Assembly: GCA_963727775.1 (NCBI GenBank)
Contig: CAVSHB010000001.1
Location: forward strand, 1,248,001 to 1,312,000
Direction: 5' to 3'
Length of the DNA stretch: 64,000 nucleotides
From: an uncultured Nitrospiraceae bacterium
Lineage (GTDB): Bacteria > Nitrospirota > Thermodesulfovibrionia > Thermodesulfovibrionales > SM23-35
The notes beneath the pieces were generated by a model. It was given only the letters and a program-made list of their open reading frames with translations. It was not told the DNA's origin and did no database searches. The translations under genes and the position numbers were made by a program. Every line of letters begins with the position of its first letter. The first letter of the stretch is position 1. Positions 60,795 through 64,000 of the stretch are shown piece after piece.

Positions 60795-61580
60795 TTAAAG
60801 ATAGTATATCAACCTGTTCCTATTCCTGCGGTAAATGACCCATCCCACAAGAAAAGAACCGGCTGAGAACAGTGTCCCTATAACAAAATGCTCGGTTTTT
60901 GTAATAGTGCCGTCGTAGAGACAGGCCCGGAAAAGGGATACGTAATGATAAAAAGGATTCAATGACATAATGGGTCGAAACCGTTCTGGAAGAACAGAAA
61001 TAGGATAGAAGAGGGGAGTGAGGTACATCCATGCCATCAGGATAACATCGTAAATATAGATGACATCATGAAAAAAAACAGCCAGCGTTGACACCATGAG
61101 GGATATCCCGAGCGAAAACATAAATACAAGGCAGAGAACGAACGGAAGCAGCAGGATGTCATAGCTGAGTTTCGTACCTGACAAAATAATGATGACAAAG
61201 AGCGGGGCAAGGGAAAAAAGAAAATGCACCATGGAACAGACAACAACCGAAAGAGGAAAGATCGCCTTTGGGAGGTACAACTTATTCAGGAGGTTGCGGC
61301 TTAGCAAAAATACCCCTCCTGATGTCTTCGTCCCCTGGGCAAAAAGTTGCCATAGGGTAATCCCCGACATGACATAGGCAGCATAATTTCCCACACTTGC
61401 TCCGAAAAGGCCATTGAATACCAAATAAAAGATAAGCATCATCAAAAGAGGGTCGAGCATAACCCAGAGAAAACCGAGGGCGGACCTCTTATACCTTTTC
61501 TTTATATCTCTCGATACGAGATTTCTTAGCAGCTCTTTGTATTTTACAATCTCTACGACTTCTTTAAAGCTTTCTACCAT
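60795..61580 (-). CDS. wzm: Polysaccharide ABC exporter permease
   Basis: RDIKKRYKRSALGFLW, TPLFYP, LNP. Confidence 0.92.
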   Translation of the reverse strand: MVESFKEVVEIVKYKELLRNLVSRDIKKRYKRSALGFLWVMLDPLLMMLIFYLVFNGLFGASVGNYAAYVMSGITLWQLFAQGTKTSGGVFLLSRNLLNKLYLPKAIFPLSVVVCSMVHFLFSLAPLFVIIILSGTKLSYDILLLPFVLCLVFMFSLGISLMVSTLAVFFHDVIYIYDVILMAWMYLTPLFYPISVLPERFRPIMSLNPFYHYVSLFRACLYDGTITKTEHFVIGTLFSAGSFLVGWVIYRRNRNRLIYYL

Positions 61581-61645
61581 ACCTTTACCTTATGGTGTAT
61601 AAGATACTATAATTAACAATAATTTTAAAAGGACGCCGAAAAGAA

Positions 61646-62353
61646 TTGAAATCTTATTTGATCGTTATCCCTGCTTATAATGAAGAAGAGTATATCGCGA
61701 ACGTCCTTGACGGCGTCAGAAAAAGTAATCCCTCAGTTGATGTTCTGGTGGTGAACGACGGCTCTGCCGACAGAACGTCTGCGATATCAAAACAGGCAGG
61801 GGTTATGGTGTTGGACCTGCCTTTCAATATCGGCTACGGCGGGGCGGTCCAGACAGGCTTTCGCTTTGCAACGGAGTATGGATACGAATTTGTGGTCACC
61901 CTCGACGGAGATGCCCAGCACGACCCATATTTTATGAATAACCTTATGGAGACTATGGAAAGGGAAAAGGCGGATGTGGTTATCGGTTCCCGCTTTATCG
62001 AGGGTAATTACCATATGGGCATCTTCAGAAAGATGGGGGTCTGGCTTTTTTCTAAAATCGTCAGCTTCTATACCGGAACAAGCTTCACCGATCCTACCTC
62101 GGGTTTTCAACTCCTCAACAGAAGGATCTTTTCTTATCTCTCCGAGGGCGACAACTATCCTCTCGATTACCCTGATGTCAACATTATTATCGCCCTCCAT
62201 AAAATGAGATTTAAAGTGGTGGAGGCCCCGGTGAGGATGAAAGAAAAAAAGGGCAAGTCGATGCACCGGGGATTGAGGCCTATCGTTTATATGCTAAGGA
62301 TGTTCCTCGCCATTGTTATGGTATTACTGAGAAACGAGGAGAAACAACTATGA
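61646..62353 (+). CDS. GT2 polyprenol-phosphate glycosyltransferase
   Basis: IPAYNEE, DGSADRT, DGDAQH, DPTSGF. Confidence 0.88.
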   Translation: MKSYLIVIPAYNEEEYIANVLDGVRKSNPSVDVLVVNDGSADRTSAISKQAGVMVLDLPFNIGYGGAVQTGFRFATEYGYEFVVTLDGDAQHDPYFMNNLMETMEREKADVVIGSRFIEGNYHMGIFRKMGVWLFSKIVSFYTGTSFTDPTSGFQLLNRRIFSYLSEGDNYPLDYPDVNIIIALHKMRFKVVEAPVRMKEKKGKSMHRGLRPIVYMLRMFLAIVMVLLRNEEKQL

Positions 62354-62712
62354 CCTTCGGTGTCAGATTATTCATTTTCCTGTCCGGCGTTATCTTATTT
62401 GCAACGATATTTGAACTCGTCAGGAGAAAAAAATTCAGAGAGGAATTGTCACTCGGCTGGCTGCTCGTCGGGATCGGCCTGATCCTGAGCTCCTTCGCCG
62501 ATCTGATTATAGACCCCCTTGCCTTTAAGCTCGGCGTCAGTTATCCGCCGGCGCTCGCTTTTATAATCGTTGTCCTTCTTCTGGTCCTGGTCATGCTCTA
62601 CTTTTCTCTAGCCGTGTCCGATTTAAAGTGCAGGACCAAAGAGTTAAGTCAGAAGATAGCCTTAATGGAATACAAACTTCGCAAGGTTTATAAAGAAGAA
62701 GAGGACCGCTGA
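62350..62712 (+). CDS. DUF2304 family membrane protein
   Basis: Three TM segments, LGVSYPP, C-terminal ELSQKIAL; ATGA-coupled to the GT2. Confidence 0.8.
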   Translation: MTFGVRLFIFLSGVILFATIFELVRRKKFREELSLGWLLVGIGLILSSFADLIIDPLAFKLGVSYPPALAFIIVVLLLVLVMLYFSLAVSDLKCRTKELSQKIALMEYKLRKVYKEEEDR

Positions 62713-62843
62713 TTCATCCCGCTTGCCGATTAATGCTCTTTACTCTGGAAAAGTTAAGAGATCAAATTGGCCGTGGCCCTGCAAGTATAGAAAAATACTA
62801 CGGGTAATAGCTCCTGGGGGTAATGTTTTGGAATTCGAAATAG

Positions 62844-64000
<1,157 letters not shown>

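Overview
Bacterial chromosomal window, moderately AT-rich overall. Gene content (ilvC-psd order, c7-type cytochrome, multi-PAS hybrid kinases, CooT/DUF3842) suggests an anaerobic Nitrospirota- or deltaproteobacteria-like organism; this is inference only. 1-7.7 kb: small accessory genes, including an MFS transporter, a 5'-truncated RelE remnant missed by the ORF track, a DUF3842-CooT-YkgJ cluster, a His/Met-rich exported protein and an ATP-cone/Mrr-like nuclease. 7.9-16.3 kb: two hybrid histidine kinases, one split by a complete IS1380-family element (11070-12690, TTAT target duplication) and also frameshifted, followed by an orphan IS21-like end. 16.9-26.3 kb: argS, ilvE, a triheme cytochrome, a divergent GAPDH, a ~1390-aa PPDK-like protein that lacks the pyruvate-binding domain and carries a ~890-aa unexplained N-terminus, and queE. 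26.4-62.7 kb: mostly a large Wzm/Wzt surface-glycan locus (many GT2/GT4, gmd, a perosamine-synthase-like aminotransferase, about 8 methyltransferase domains, GT-C proteins), interrupted by glgP and a USP gene. Inside it is a GC-rich, translationally coupled 2-aminoethylphosphonate cassette (pepM-ppd-AEP transaminase-cytidylyltransferase-methyltransferase-TagF-like transferase) that appears to have displaced a GT-C gene whose C-terminal remnant survives. The window ends with ilvC and the start of a probable psd. No rRNA, tRNA or CRISPR array was recognised. All product calls come from motifs read by eye; no searches were run.
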